Assembly (NCBI RefSeq): GCF_018977255.1
Contig: NW_024704765.1
Span: forward strand, 9,734,001-9,798,000
Length of the DNA stretch: 64,000 nucleotides
Direction: 5' to 3'
DNA from: Callorhinchus milii
Lineage: Eukaryota
Numbering within the stretch: the stretch's first letter is position 1; each line of letters starts with the position of its first letter. Position numbers and translations under genes: made by a program. Of the stretch, positions 51,801-64,000 are shown in pieces. Under the pieces are notes generated by a model. It saw only the letters and a program-made list of their open reading frames with translations. It was not told the origin of the DNA and did no database searches.

Positions 51801-53063
51801 TGAACACTGGCGGAGTTGTGAGATCGAGTTGCTGTCTTCAACCCTTTGCCAGATAGTTGTATTGTAATAGTGCATGGTTTAACTTTTGTGTGCTTGAGGC
51901 ATGCAGGCAAAGTCTACTCAAAAGCCGTAACCTTAGCATTGAGTGTATGTAAATCGCATATAATGCAGTCGGTTTCTCTTGTCGCAAACTTTATGAGAGA
52001 TTAGAACATTTTGATGGCAGGTTACCAGGAATTGTGTACGGTGTAATTAAAATGTGGAAGGAGTATGAAATTTCTATTTATTTTTTGCTGATAATCATCA
52101 CCTATTCAGTTCATGTTTGTGCTGCTCATGAGGTGTGGGTGAAGGTCATTTTCAGCGTAATCGGTATTTTACATTTACCCATTACGTATTGCTTAATAGC
52201 TTTCGAAATACACTCATGAGACTGACCCGGTGCCTCCGTTGGTGAAGGCAAGGCCAGGTACAACGTTAATCTGTACAGACTGGGAGCTTGTATGGTCAGT
52301 TGCCATTTGTTGCTTAGTTAAGTGATCTTGGCTCGGGTGAGCTTAGTTAAGTGATATCCCCAAAGGACCTTGGGAGTACAAATCGGTCAGGATTCTCACT
52401 GCTTATCGCTATCCAAACATACCTACCGGGGACAATAATAGTAATCCTTGCAATTTGATACTGCGCCTTATCACGTCGTTGAGACATCTCAAAGCGCTCC
52501 ACAGAATATACCGTAAAGTGAATTGACCGTATATTCTGTGGGAGAAACGAGATGGATCAAAAGAGAGACTTTGGATGAAAAAACAAGCCTGTTGGTCCAT
52601 TTGATTTCAAGCTTTCAAAATACATAGTTTCCTGCAATATGGTTTATCCCCCAGAATGGGGACCCTTCCTCTTGCTCTGTACTGTATGCATACATCTTCC
52701 GGTTTGCTATAGCGTCCTTATCATGTCTTCGAGACGTCTCAAAGCGCTTCACAGAATATACTGTAAAGTATAGTGACCGTATATCTTGGGGGGGGGGGCG
52801 GGGGATGCCATTGCAATGTACGGGACCGTGAATGGGTTATTTTTTGGGTGAAGCAATGATGTTTTGGCAAGTTGGAGGCCCTGTTGGGAAAGTTGTACAT
52901 CGCTTTTGGCAGAAACGTATGAATTTTTGACTCGATGTGTGCAGATTGACTTTGTTGCAGTGGTGTCCAGATGATGGCGCTCTAACCTAACCTTTTCTTT
53001 CTCTTCATTTCACAGCCGAGCTCTCCTCCAGCGGCGGAGGAGGTTGCGCCCAGGGAGCAGCTG
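36807..53063 (+). CDS. PEX14: Peroxisomal membrane protein PEX14, coding exons 1-2 (gene continues beyond the window)
   Basis: Exon 36807-36842 [12 protein letters not shown]|gtaag (36 nt) and exon 53016-53063 [16 protein letters not shown]|gtgag (48 nt, after a long pyrimidine tract). Similar to the mammalian N-terminus MASSEQAEQPSQ/PSSTPGSENVLPREPL. Head-to-head with DFFA, as in mammals. Exon 3 (IATAVKFL) was not seen in the window. Confidence 0.9.
39325..39643 (-). mobile_element. tRNA-derived SINE, young short subfamily
   Basis: Near-identical to 14057-14391; immediately followed by an oppositely oriented copy at about 39650-39971. Confidence 0.88.
39650..39971 (+). mobile_element. tRNA-derived SINE (long subfamily, head partly truncated)
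   Basis: B-box GTTCGATTCCC, CTACCTAGCAGTAAGTAGGAACCCGG, Deu-like core and (ATT)n tail. Confidence 0.82.
43975..44236 (+). mobile_element. tRNA-derived SINE
   Basis: GTCCTGTAGCTCAGTGGTTAGAGCACTCGCTTTGCAAGCG head, core and tail. Confidence 0.82.
47452..47830 (-). mobile_element. Full-length tRNA-derived SINE
   Basis: Reverse complement of the 61521-61879 family, from head to (TAT)n tail. Confidence 0.82.
49986..50212. repeat. Compound (TG)n/(TC)n microsatellite
   Basis: Interleaved TGTG and TCTC runs. Confidence 0.85.
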
Positions 53064-56000
53064 GTGAGTCCCTCGAAACTTTACTAGAGCGTGCGGAAAC
53101 TTTTCACGGCGACGGTTTTGCTCATAAACCTCGAGCGTTTTTAGAAAGAGGCAAAGAATTCCGTCAGAGATGCTGTTCGCCCTGATCGTGTCAGGCTGGG
53201 AGGGAGGGAAAATTCCTGCTAAGTAGTAGCAGAGGACGCAAGGGAAATGGTTCTGTCCCACCTCAATGATATCTGTTACACTGTTAAAGCCTAAGGGCTA
53301 CCAAAGATTGCACATTAGGTACATTAAGTTCCTTTTGGAGCACCTTCTGTAAGGCGAGAGAAGAATAATGTGCTTTATTTCTTATAGGTTGACGCCTGAT
53401 ATTTCAAAGGTAGGTAGAGTGCGCGCTACAGAAATTGTATTTAAATTACATCAGTTGCCGTTACAGCTCGAAATACTTTTTTTTTAAAAAAAAAATTGGA
53501 ACCCATCAGTTCATAAACTCTTGGTGACAGTCTGCAGTGTTTCATACAGTCTCTAATTTGTATCTTGCACAGTGAGCGAGCAGTAAATTGTTTGGGCCAG
53601 GCTCCCGAGGGAGACGTTGGAAGCATGTCCAACATGTCGTTTGTTCCAAGAACAATTCAGATAGATTTCTCCTAGAAAATAATATCTCGGGATACAGTAT
53701 ATAGTTTGGGACACGACGTGTCAAGCGACTGCCAGGATGATGGCATGCCCACCTTTACAATATCCTATTCCAAAACGAGCTCTTGTGTACAAATGTTTTT
53801 CATTCATCTCCCATTGAGATGCTATGTGACATTTTCTGAAGCCCATCAGACGGGGCTTTAAATCATCCAAAGCACAAGGTATTCATTTGGTATTATCTTT
53901 GAGTACTTCAGCTTCTCATTCAAGGGTGGGATAATATTCAAAAATCTTTCCCGGAGGATTCCACAGCTGAGCAAATCCTTTATCTTTACCGACATGTAGC
54001 TGTTTGAGGTTCCTGTGACTATTTTTGGCAAGTGGTGTGATTTTCCAGTCTCCATTTGTGAACTCGGGGTGACGCCTTGTTGGTCAGTGTTTGAAATTCA
54101 CCGAGTTTGGTCGGTGTCTGGGATTCACTGCACCCTCCACACCTCTGCCGTCGGACATCAAGGAAGAGATACGTGCCTCAAGTGTATCTTTAATGTAAAA
54201 GCCCTCAATGTTAAACGACAAAGACCGGCGAGGAGAGGAGATTGTGACGTCGAGGTTTTTGTGATGGTGGCGTAACGGGTGTGAGGATGGGACAGGATCA
54301 TAGCATCACTTTCAGTCCATTTAGCCGATAATGCTGTTAGCATCCCCGCTACATAAATCCCTATTCCCCACACTGCTTATTTGGCTCCTCTTCAAACACA
54401 TTATCCACTTCCTTTTCGTTTTTGAATGATATGGTTTTCTCTTCAATAGTCACTTGTGGCTGTGCCTGTGATATCTATTGTGGCCAATTCTTTGTCCTTG
54501 GCTAGAGACGACTCTCTTCTACAAGCAGGGGGGAGGGGGAGGCAAATCCACGTACTTATGTCTTCTAATAGTTACGGTGTCAGCAGAGGGCTCAGGGTTT
54601 TCTGCGAGGGGCAAGGCGGACGTGAAAAGAGAAATAATGAGGAAGAAACGGCAGAAAACTCGCTCTAATTGAAATATGAGGCATATTTACAATGCCGCAG
54701 TTAATTATATTTTTATTTTTCATCAACGGCTCTGTTGTACAGTTTTACTGCAGATAGTTTGCCTTGATGACCCTCCAGAAATGTTTGTTCGAGCTGCTGT
54801 GATTTGTTTTTGCCGTCACGCCTTTCAGACTCTGAAATAACTAAATGACTAATGAACAATGCGAATGATGTACATTCGTCTGCTCGTATTCAAAACCCAA
54901 TCAATTCTTTATTTTATTGGACTTAATGGAAGGGACCTTACGATCCTGAAAGTATTGCAAGAAAAAAACGACTGTGGCGCGATACAACGAAACAAACCCG
55001 TTTAATCGAGCAATGAGGCCTCTCTCTCTGCCTCTCTCGGCTGACACGTTACTGGTTAACTACACAAGGACACCGAGTCAAAACTGCTACATAATAGATT
55101 ACAAAAATTAGAAAAAAAACAATCCATCAAACGATGTCAGCTATTTGAATGCTTTTTAATCGATCTCTTATCCGCTGCACCATGTAAAGGTAGCTGACTC
55201 CACAAAACTCACTTGCCCTACATCCGAAAGAGTGATTTGCCTACGTCTCCTCGCAGTAGCATTATTAGACTGTTGATGTGCTGCAAGCCGGCAAGTGTAA
55301 TTAGTGGTACGCTGGCCATTTGCTCTTTGAAGATGGCATGCCTGAGATGGAGATGGTAGCCTGGCCTGATAGTCTGTTGGGTCTTTAAGAGGCTAAAGGA
55401 TTATAGTCTGAACAAATGCAGTAAATGGAGAACAAGTTTGACCCTTTCTATCAGAAGACCTATGTGGATTCTCAGTATTCACTAATGGATAAATGATAAT
55501 TAATGTAAACATTAGAACCCATTTGCAGTTGCTTTGGGAGTTATATGATGGTTATTTTTAGACTTCGAGAGAAGCGTCCGCATATCCTAAGCCTTTCTCG
55601 GTATATATAATGTTTCAGGGACGCTGCTGCCAATATTAATTAAGGAATATTGAATTTGTCGGCCATTTAAAAGTATTCCTGGCAGTATACTTTTTAAAAT
55701 TTATATTTAAAAAGTTTATTTTTCCCAGCTCTCAGTAACAAGTTTTTTCAGAAATGCCACTGCATGACCCAGTGTACCATGAATCTATGAAATGAACCTT
55801 TCAGCCTTGTTCATGGATTAAAATTAGGCGGCTCAAGTTTATCAGTTAATATAATTGTGCTGGATGTCGGTTTCGGAGGGGAGGACTGTTCAAATCAGAG
55901 CCTAGACTTGAAACATTTTGAAAGTTGGTTCCCACTACAGGCAAGTTTTGTTAGCTCGTGACGAGACAAGGTAATTTGTAGCCGTGGGATGCACAATCAT

Positions 56001-59000
56001 TCGGGGAGTTAGAGGAGGGAAGGATAGGAGGATGGCACAAGAAAGTAAAGTCCAGCTGGAACATACATGAGCCAGTTTTCGACCGCAGTAGTGTGGAGAT
56101 CAGCCCAGAGCAGACTGCAATAACACAGTTACACTTTGAATCGTTTCGCCGTCATAAGCTGCCATAAAAGCAAGTCCTTTTGCTATGCTTCGCAGAGCAC
56201 CAACTGCAGTTGATCACATAGTTTTTTTTCCTGGTTTTTTTTGATATAACAAAAAGGTGAAATATAGTTGCTGAAAATTCACTCGCTTAATGCAGGGAGT
56301 GAGGGAAACATCAAAGCCACAGCCTTTTACAGTCAGGCATTTGCAACCTTCATCATAGACTCCAGCGGTGATCCCCACCGCACTCTCTGGGCTCCACCCA
56401 AGCCTTGGCTCTTCCCAACCCGTGCTTAATATTTTCCGGAATTAGGTAAGCAGGATGCGTCTCTCCAGAGAGAGAGAGAGAGAGTGCGCATTCCATTCCA
56501 GCAATCTATCCCTGGGATTTCCATGTGTAGGTGGGCTGCATGGAATTCTCAGCTTAGTTTGGAGACTCTTAAGCACAGTGATGGGTTTCCGCCTGTGTCA
56601 GACACCCGGCTGACCAAAGAAAAAGTACAAATTAATTTGTTTCTTGCAACCTGCCCGCTCTCACCCCCCCCCCCCGCCCCCTTACAATATTTTTAAGTGA
56701 ATGAGGAGTATTTTTTTGCCCACTGATTCTATTTAATACTCTATTTAAAACATTTCCGAAAGTTGCATTTGCAGATTTTGGTTTGTATATGAAAGAAGAG
56801 AGGATTGTTTTTGTGAAAGCTGAAAACCTCTAAGTACTTAAAAGGGTTAAAGGTTGTTCCTCTTGATATTTTATATATTGATATTTATGTATATATTTAG
56901 TTTACAGATGTATGTATGCCTGCTACTCAGAAAGAAGCCTAGCTGCTTATTCATTTCTCATAAAAGCTAATGGAAGTCATTAGCTGTACTGATCGGAGGA
57001 AGTATGAGAGTTGGCCTTAATTCAACTCTTTATGAACAAGTTTAATAATTATCAAGGCTAAAATAAATGATTAATAAAAAAACTCCACATTGTCTGCAGA
57101 TTTGGTCTTTAATCTCGCTCGTGCCTTACACTACACCGGGATGACATCTCAAAAACGCTTCATTGGTTTTACTTTTAAGTGCACTTCCAGCGCCTTGGGA
57201 TGTCCTCCCAAAGTGAAATGCGCTATACAAATGTAATCTGTTGCAGCTGTTGTAGTCACGACCGTGACTTTTGTAGGCAAAGTCCTGGAAATCAGGACTG
57301 TGGTGATTTTAAGGCATGAGTTGCAGGTATATTGTTAAAGCTATGACCTCCCCCAACCACCCATGCAGAGAGCCCTGAAATTGGGTGTCGATGTTTTAAA
57401 GGTTATTAAAGAGTGTGTGACCAGTGGGCTTCCCAACAATTTTCAAGGGGAAAACGGGGAGCAGAACCACTTCTTGATTTGAATTTTTATTGTAAATTGA
57501 CGTGCTGCGGAAGGCTTTCACAAAGGCGGTGGCCAGCCGGGTGTCTTGACCCACGTGGAAACCCATCACCGTGCTTAAGAGCATCCAAACCAAACTGGGA
57601 ATTCCAGTGAGGCTCCAGTAACACTTGATTTTAAGTCGCCTCGCTCATGCCCTATTTATTACTGAACCTTATCGTGCAAAGTGCAACTGAGAAACGCAAT
57701 ACACATAGCTGTACGATGTCCCGTTTCCCGTGTGCTGTATTGGTTTATTAGTCTTGCAGTGGTTGTGAAATGCTGGTCCAGGCTTTTGGTACATTTTTCT
57801 ATCATTAGAAAGTCACAACAACAACAAACTTGCATTTATAGAGCGCCCCTCACACAGGGCAGCATCCCAGAGCGCTTGAGTATCACAAAGTGCCTGAAGA
57901 AATCTTAATATGACATTTGTGAAATGTGTGTCAGGGCTATCGCCTTGCCTGTAAATGTACCTTTTCTGCTGAAAAAAAAGATTGGTTACCTGAGAATCAA
58001 AGGCATGTTTTCACCCGCAGGGTGTGGACCAGTTTAACAACTACTCGTACAAAATGTTCTGTACCAGTAAATTCCAGTCGACTACCCCAGAGTTAAGATT
58101 ACTTCTTTTGTTCGCCTCTACCAAAACACTTTATTATTTCCAAGTGTTATTTGCTAAACGTACAGAGGCACCAAGACTCACTTGAAGAATGTTTTCTTTC
58201 GATGCCTGTCAAGGAGCATTCTACCATTAGTGTCTGGCAGTGGGGTTGCTGAGTGCTTTTTTAGGCTTCAGACCAGACACATCCCGAACCCAGACTTCAT
58301 AAGCAGGTCCCAGACTTGTGATTTTGTTTTACATTGTTGAACAGTGTGGGCACTTCCAGTGCGTCTGCCTGTCAGTCAGTCAATCACAAATAGAGTTACA
58401 AACAGATGAGTGTGCGTGTGTGTGTATGTGTATGGCTCCAGGTATTTTGAAATCTACCGAGGTGCCAGCTTGGTTCAGTTACTAGCACTCCAGTCACTGG
58501 CTCAGAAGTTTGCAGGATCAACCATCACATTGAGACTTAACACCTCATAGTCTAGATTTTCCTGTACAGGTTGGGGGTGAGTGGAGGGGTGGGCGGGGGA
58601 GTGGGGGGTGTCGAGGGAGGTGGGGAGAGGAAACATCCTGCTGCGCTAACTGAGATCTAAACCGAGGATCTATTCACCCTTTCAGTTCCATTAAAGACTC
58701 TTATTTCGTTTGAACTATTAAAGATCTCATAGAACAATTTGAAGAGTGAAGGGATTCAGTTATTCCCTGCTGTCCTATGCTGTCAATCCTCCATGTTAAT
58801 CGTTCATTCACCTCGAGGCTGTTTGTGGGGCTTTGCTGTATGTAAAGAGTGCTGTGTTTGCCTACACATGACATTAATTACTGTGAGGTGCTTCGAAACA
58901 TTTCAAAGTTATCAACTCAGGATATTGCAAGGACTACAGTACTTCCAACGGAGGTTCTTTGAGCGTGGAATAAAAATGATGCCAAGTTTGTGTCTTTAAC

Positions 59001-59529
59001 ATGGAAGGGGAGAGAAAAATAGCCTGACTTACCATATGAGTCGATAGAAATGTTAAGTGAAGAATGTCAGAAACTGAACCCTGGAAACTTAAGTATTAGA
59101 TAGGAGTAGAAAATGTTGAAAACAGCTGAAAAATGGTCTCGAACAATTCCTGCAACATCCAGTGTTTTATTTGGCTGACAAGGTGGTAATGGATCTTCAC
59201 TTGGGCTGACAAGGTGTTAATTGATCCTGTAATACACATTAGTGCTGCTACAAAAAACTGTTACAGGACTAGCGAAAGTTATTTTATCACCTTCTTTGTA
59301 TGTGATGCTGAATAGTGTTTTTTTAACACGGGCCATGAAAAATGATGGCTCTCCGGGTAATAAAGGCGTTCAAAAATTGTGATAACTGAGATCTATACAT
59401 TTTAACTTTTCCAAAACGTACTAAAGATATCTAATGGAATCAAAGCGCACTCCATAATTCTTTTTTAACTTCTGACTTAAGACGTTGATAGCCAAACTGT
59501 ACATCTAAAAGGCACGAAGTACCTGCTCA

Positions 59530-59915
59530 GCAATTCACTCCTCTCTCCAGCCTTCAAAGCCCTCCATGGCCTAGCTCCTTCCTACCGCTGTGACCTGCTA
59601 ACACCATATTGCCCTGTCCTCTCCCTCCGCTCTGCATGCTCCAGTCCCCTGCCCCGCCAGCCCCACCATCAGCCTCTCTGCCCCCACCTTTTGGAACTCC
59701 CAAAGTCCATTCACCTGGCCTTCTCCCTTGCCTCCTTCAAGGCATATCTCAAGACCCTCCTCTTCGATTGCACCTTCGGTCACCCCTACCCCTACCCTCC
59801 CCGCCCTCCACCGCTCTTGATCCCAAACCCTGTCTTTGACAATCCCTGATTGTTCAGCGCCTTGGGACGTCCTCCCGACGTGAAAGGTGTTTATACAAAT
59901 GTAATTTGTTGTTGG
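59530..59915 (+). mobile_element. L2-like LINE 3' fragment
   Basis: Same family as 7350-7775; ends GCGCCTTGGGACGTCCTCCCGACGTGAAAGG..GTTGTTG. Further fragments occur at about 4500-4660 (+), 33920-34190 (-) and 42090-42435 (+). Confidence 0.75.
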
Positions 59916-60225
59916 TAATGTAGAATTTTTATACTCTTCGATATTGGATTTGGGTGACTTTGTTGAAGGAGATGGGGTTTGGCTCAGAAACCCACCTGTA
60001 TGAGGAAATCAGTCCCCACTTAGTCTTATCACTTGTTCCGAAGTACTGCAGAGAGTTTCTACATTCAGTACAGCACTGACTTTGATCGCTGCTGCTGCTA
60101 TTTTGTGATGTTAGGAAGAAATCTACTGTAGGACTTTTATTTCCAAGTCATTGTTAGTGGGAAGGAAAGGAGGGGACTCATAGGAAATGCCGGTTATCCA
60201 GCAATTTGTTTTGTTAGGTGTTTGA

Positions 60226-60261
<36 letters not shown>

Positions 60262-61520
60262 GCATTTGATATAGCCTTTTATCATGTCTTCAAGATGTCT
60301 CAAAGCGCTTCACAGAATATACTGTAAAGTGAATTGACTGTATATTTTGCGGGCGATACGGGACAGCCAATTGCGCACAACAGCGTCCCACAAACAGTCG
60401 TGGATTGAAGTGACCAAATTCTTCTTATTTTTATTATTTTTGAAGGAATTATTACCCCCGTAAAAACATTCTGCCAATCGACTAACAACTGGGAATTAAG
60501 TTAAGAATGGAGTGCCTGTGCTTGTCTTGACTCAGGAAATAGATATAGAATAAAATCATTGTGGCGAACTGCTCTGAGGTTAGAGTTAAGCGAGCAAGCT
60601 TGGCTAGCTTAAAGGAGGTTTGCAATTTGATGCCGACACTGGATACGTCAGTGGGAAAGTGTTCTGATCTGCGGTGCTAACACCTTTCACTCTGATGAGC
60701 ACGAGAAGCCCACCCAGAAACATTCACAGCTGTCTGGTACCTGATGTTAGTTCGCAATCTTGACTAACCTCCTACTATCATTGTGAGCTACATACTGCTC
60801 CAGAGCAAACCAGTGGGGGAAGCACTGGGTTTCAAAGCCTCTGATTGTCTTTCAGTCATGCTACTGTAGTTTGTGGCTACATGTACATACATATATACAT
60901 ACACACACAGACAGACAGAAAGAGACACACACACACACACACACATTCGCCCACAAAATACACAGTCAATTCACTTTACAGTATATTCTTTGAAGCGCTT
61001 TGAGACATCTCAGCTACGCGATAAGGCACCATATCAAATGCAAGGATTATTATTATTAATATTATTGTTCTCTGAACAAAGTTCCATTACCCTACCATAC
61101 ACTACTTCAGTGCTAGAGCAATTTGATTAATTTTACCTCTATCCCCACTACAGTTTATTATCTTCATAGATTAATATTTTGCATGGATTAATCACATAAA
61201 GAATTTTATAAGCAAGAGACCAATTTTCTGTAGTATAAGCAGTAATGAACTTAACCTGTTGATGAGCACAAACGGTGGGTGTTCGATAACATTAGCCTAC
61301 ATTTTTCACACTATTTTGTGTTTTCAGTTGTGTGATATCCTGTGAAAATGATAAATGTGAAGCAGATGTGTTTTAATAAGCATTTTAGAGAAATATCAGA
61401 GCAATTAGCAGCCCAAAGCAATGTTCAAAGGTAAGCAGGAGAAGCCATAATCCAGTGCTTTACTCAAGGTTTTGAAAACGTACGCACGTTTGATTATTTT
61501 ATGCACTTTTTATTGGCTTA

Positions 61521-61879
61521 GTGGAGTCCTGTAGAGCATTGGTTAGAGTCTCGCAAGAGAGAGGACCTGGGTTCGATTCCCGGTGGGGTGAAACGTTAGA
61601 CAACTTTCCTTACTCCACACGCCTCGGTTTACCTAGCAGTAAGTAGGAACCCGGTTATTAGTCGATTGGCAGATCGCTTTCAATGGGTAATAATCCCTTC
61701 AATAAAAAAAATCACTCAATCCACAACTGTTTGTGGGACACTACTGTGCGCAATTGGCTGCCGTGTTTCTCCCACAAAATATACGGTCAGTTCACTTTAT
61801 AATATATTCTGTGAAGCACTTTGAGACGTCTCGAACACGCGATAAGGCGCTGTATCAAATGCAAGGATTATTATTATTT
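61521..61879 (+). mobile_element. Full-length tRNA-derived SINE (Deu-domain-like core, L2-like 3' tail, (ATT)n end); dominant repeat of the window
   Basis: tRNA-like head with B-box GGTTCGATTCC, core TGTTTGTGGGACA..GTGCGCAATTGGCTGCC, tail GATAAGGCGCT.TATCAAATGCAAGGATTATTATT. Dozens of full or 5'-truncated copies occur across the window. Confidence 0.88.
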
Positions 61880-62572
61880 AGTAATTTTCTACTTTTCTTT
61901 TTACTATTTACGTTGTGGGTAGTTGTATGCTGTACCCATGCTTGCCTCGGACAAGGTTTTATTGCTCTGCCCTGGGGTGCACAATCAAAGTAAATAATAA
62001 GCAGCCCTCCTCATTTCAGTCTGCAATGTATGCCTTTAATTTTCTTCATCTGGAAATTCTGATAAATGAGGTTAAACGAGAGACCAGATGACAAATGGTA
62101 AATCCCACAAAAGAAACAAACGGCCTTTTTACCCAGATTAACTGTTGTCAAAGCCGCAGCAAAACAAATCTCTTTATCAATCTCACGACTAGTTATTTTC
62201 AGGGTTACGTACGGGGGAGATCACATACTTTTGTAAATGATTCATAGGATCAGGTTAGCCTATTTGGGTCATTGAGCCCGTCCGCTTCTGCCATTTTATT
62301 AGATCACAACAGATCTTTTAATCCCATTTCCCTGCCTTTTCTCCAGATGCCTTTAATAGGTTTTAAATATTTGCTTTAACACTCCCGTTTCATGGTGATT
62401 CATCAAGAAAAGTGCAGCGTAACATTGAGGGGTGAGCAGAGTGATCTGAGGGTGGTTGAGCCGCCCATTGATGTGGTTTCAGCAGCAGGTTTTCATCATT
62501 GCAGTATAAATGCTGGCAATGTGGGTAAAAAAAAAATCTATTCTGACTCTGCTCAGAAATAACTCTTTGAAA

Positions 62573-62948
62573 GTGGAGCCCTGCAGTGGTTAGAGCACTC
62601 GCCTCGCAAGCGAGAGGTTCAATTCCCAGGGAGGGTGAAATATTAGCCAAGTTTTCTTACTCCACACCCAGCCTTTTCACCGAGCAATAGTTGGGAACCC
62701 AGTTGTTAGTCGATTGGCGGATAGCTTTTCCAGCGGTAATAATAAACTTCAAAAATAATTAAAATAAAAAATAGTAATAATTTGGTCACTCAGTCTACTA
62801 CTGTTTGTCGGACACTGCGGTGCGCAATTGGCTACCGCCTTTTCACCCACAAAATACAGTCAATTCATTTTGCAGTATATTCTGTGAAGCGTTTTGAGAC
62901 ATCTCGAAGACGTAATAAAGCACTATAACAATTGCAAGGATTATTATT
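62573..62948 (+). mobile_element. Full-length tRNA-derived SINE
   Basis: Same family as 61521-61879. Confidence 0.8.
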
Positions 62949-64000
62949 CCAATGCCACTTAAGAAGTTGAACTTTGAGTTATTACCTGGAAGCAAAGCGT
63001 TTAGAATTATTTTTTTCACCCTGACTGCAAATTCACTTCGCAGCGAAAGGGGAAAAAAAACAATGTTCAAGTTTGAAATCAACAGAATGTCAGAGGAAGT
63101 GGCCAAACTGCTGGCTTTTTTAATATTTCTGTGGTTGGAGAAGATGAACTGGAGATGCTGCATTTGTATTCAGGACTAAAAAGAGATTCAGTCTGCAATG
63201 TTTGTTTATTTGGCATTTTGCTAGACTGCCAAGCCTTTTTTTTAAATGAATTAACCTTTGGAAGTTCTATTTAATATAGTACTAAATTATAGATTGCTCA
63301 TGTGCTATATCTTCCAACGCAATGTTTCACCTCAGTCACCTCAGGCCTAAGAGTGGTCCTTTTTTTAACAGTGCAGTTACACCGATGGCACTCGATGCAG
63401 TGACTAAGGCAGCAAGCAAGGTATGAGCTGTCAGACCTGGGTTTATTAAACTGCCCATCGTGCCTTGCTCTGTCTGCGAGCTGGGAGTGTGTCTGGCTCT
63501 GTATTAGACAGCCCTCTGGACCACCTGGGAGTTTTAATACAAACTTTGTCAGTTTAAAAGTTGGGTTTGCAACCACTGCGGTCAGCAGGACAGACTACAG
63601 CTGAGAAGCGAATTGCTTTGTAACCGCCTCCTCAAGTTCATTTTGCATCACTTCTCTGAATCAGGTTCAAAGCCCCCGAAACTGGAGATGAATCACACGG
63701 TTTACATCAATCCGATGTGGAAACCACACTGGAAGAAGCAGGACTGTGTATTGCCTGCAGCAATGTCCATTGTGGGTGCATGCCTGCCTAAGTACTGACT
63801 TTTGCCATTAGATGCTGCTATTATGCCTTGTGATTGCTGTGCAATAGAAAACCTCTGGTGATAGTGACGAGATTGTGTTAAACCAATTGTTGAGAGTCCG
63901 TGGTTCTTGATGGCTGAGTGTTTGCTTCTATCGTGATCTAAACGCCACAAAAAATCCAGCAAGAATTTTACACTCCCTGTAAAATACATGAGGCAAAAGC

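Noticed and set aside
1-64000. CRISPR-like array or prokaryotic/viral system suggested by recurring 30-40-nt motifs
   Set aside because: The repeats are dispersed, in both orientations and irregularly spaced (SINE tails); the DNA is intron-exon vertebrate sequence with no operon-like ORFs.

Overview
Vertebrate genomic DNA, probably from a cartilaginous fish such as a chimaera or elephant shark. This species call is an inference from the SINE/LINE families and protein divergence. Almost all entries in the supplied ORF track are spurious; I rebuilt the real genes by hand from splice sites and exon phases. Gene order: a TNF-receptor-superfamily gene (- strand, about 11.7 kb to beyond the left edge), CENPS/APITD1 (+, 5 exons), cortistatin/somatostatin-2 precursor (+, 2 exons), DFFA/ICAD (-, 8 exons), and PEX14 exons 1-2 (+, continuing beyond the right edge). 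CENPS-CORT-DFFA-PEX14 is the conserved block found on human 1p36.22. The rest is dense in tRNA-derived Deu-type SINEs, L2/CR1 LINE fragments, MITE-like elements and microsatellites. Most notable: (1) an intact, diverged, in-frame tandem duplication of DFFA exons 3+4, which would give an ICAD with an extra helical module and extra caspase sites; (2) a divergent cortistatin peptide with an altered processing site; (3) a hard-to-assign TNFRSF gene lying head-to-head with CENPS where PGD sits in mammals; (4) strong A/T-to-G/C conversion of repeat copies next to CpG-island promoters; (5) SINE tails abutting splice sites. I found no prokaryote-type or wholly new multi-gene system.
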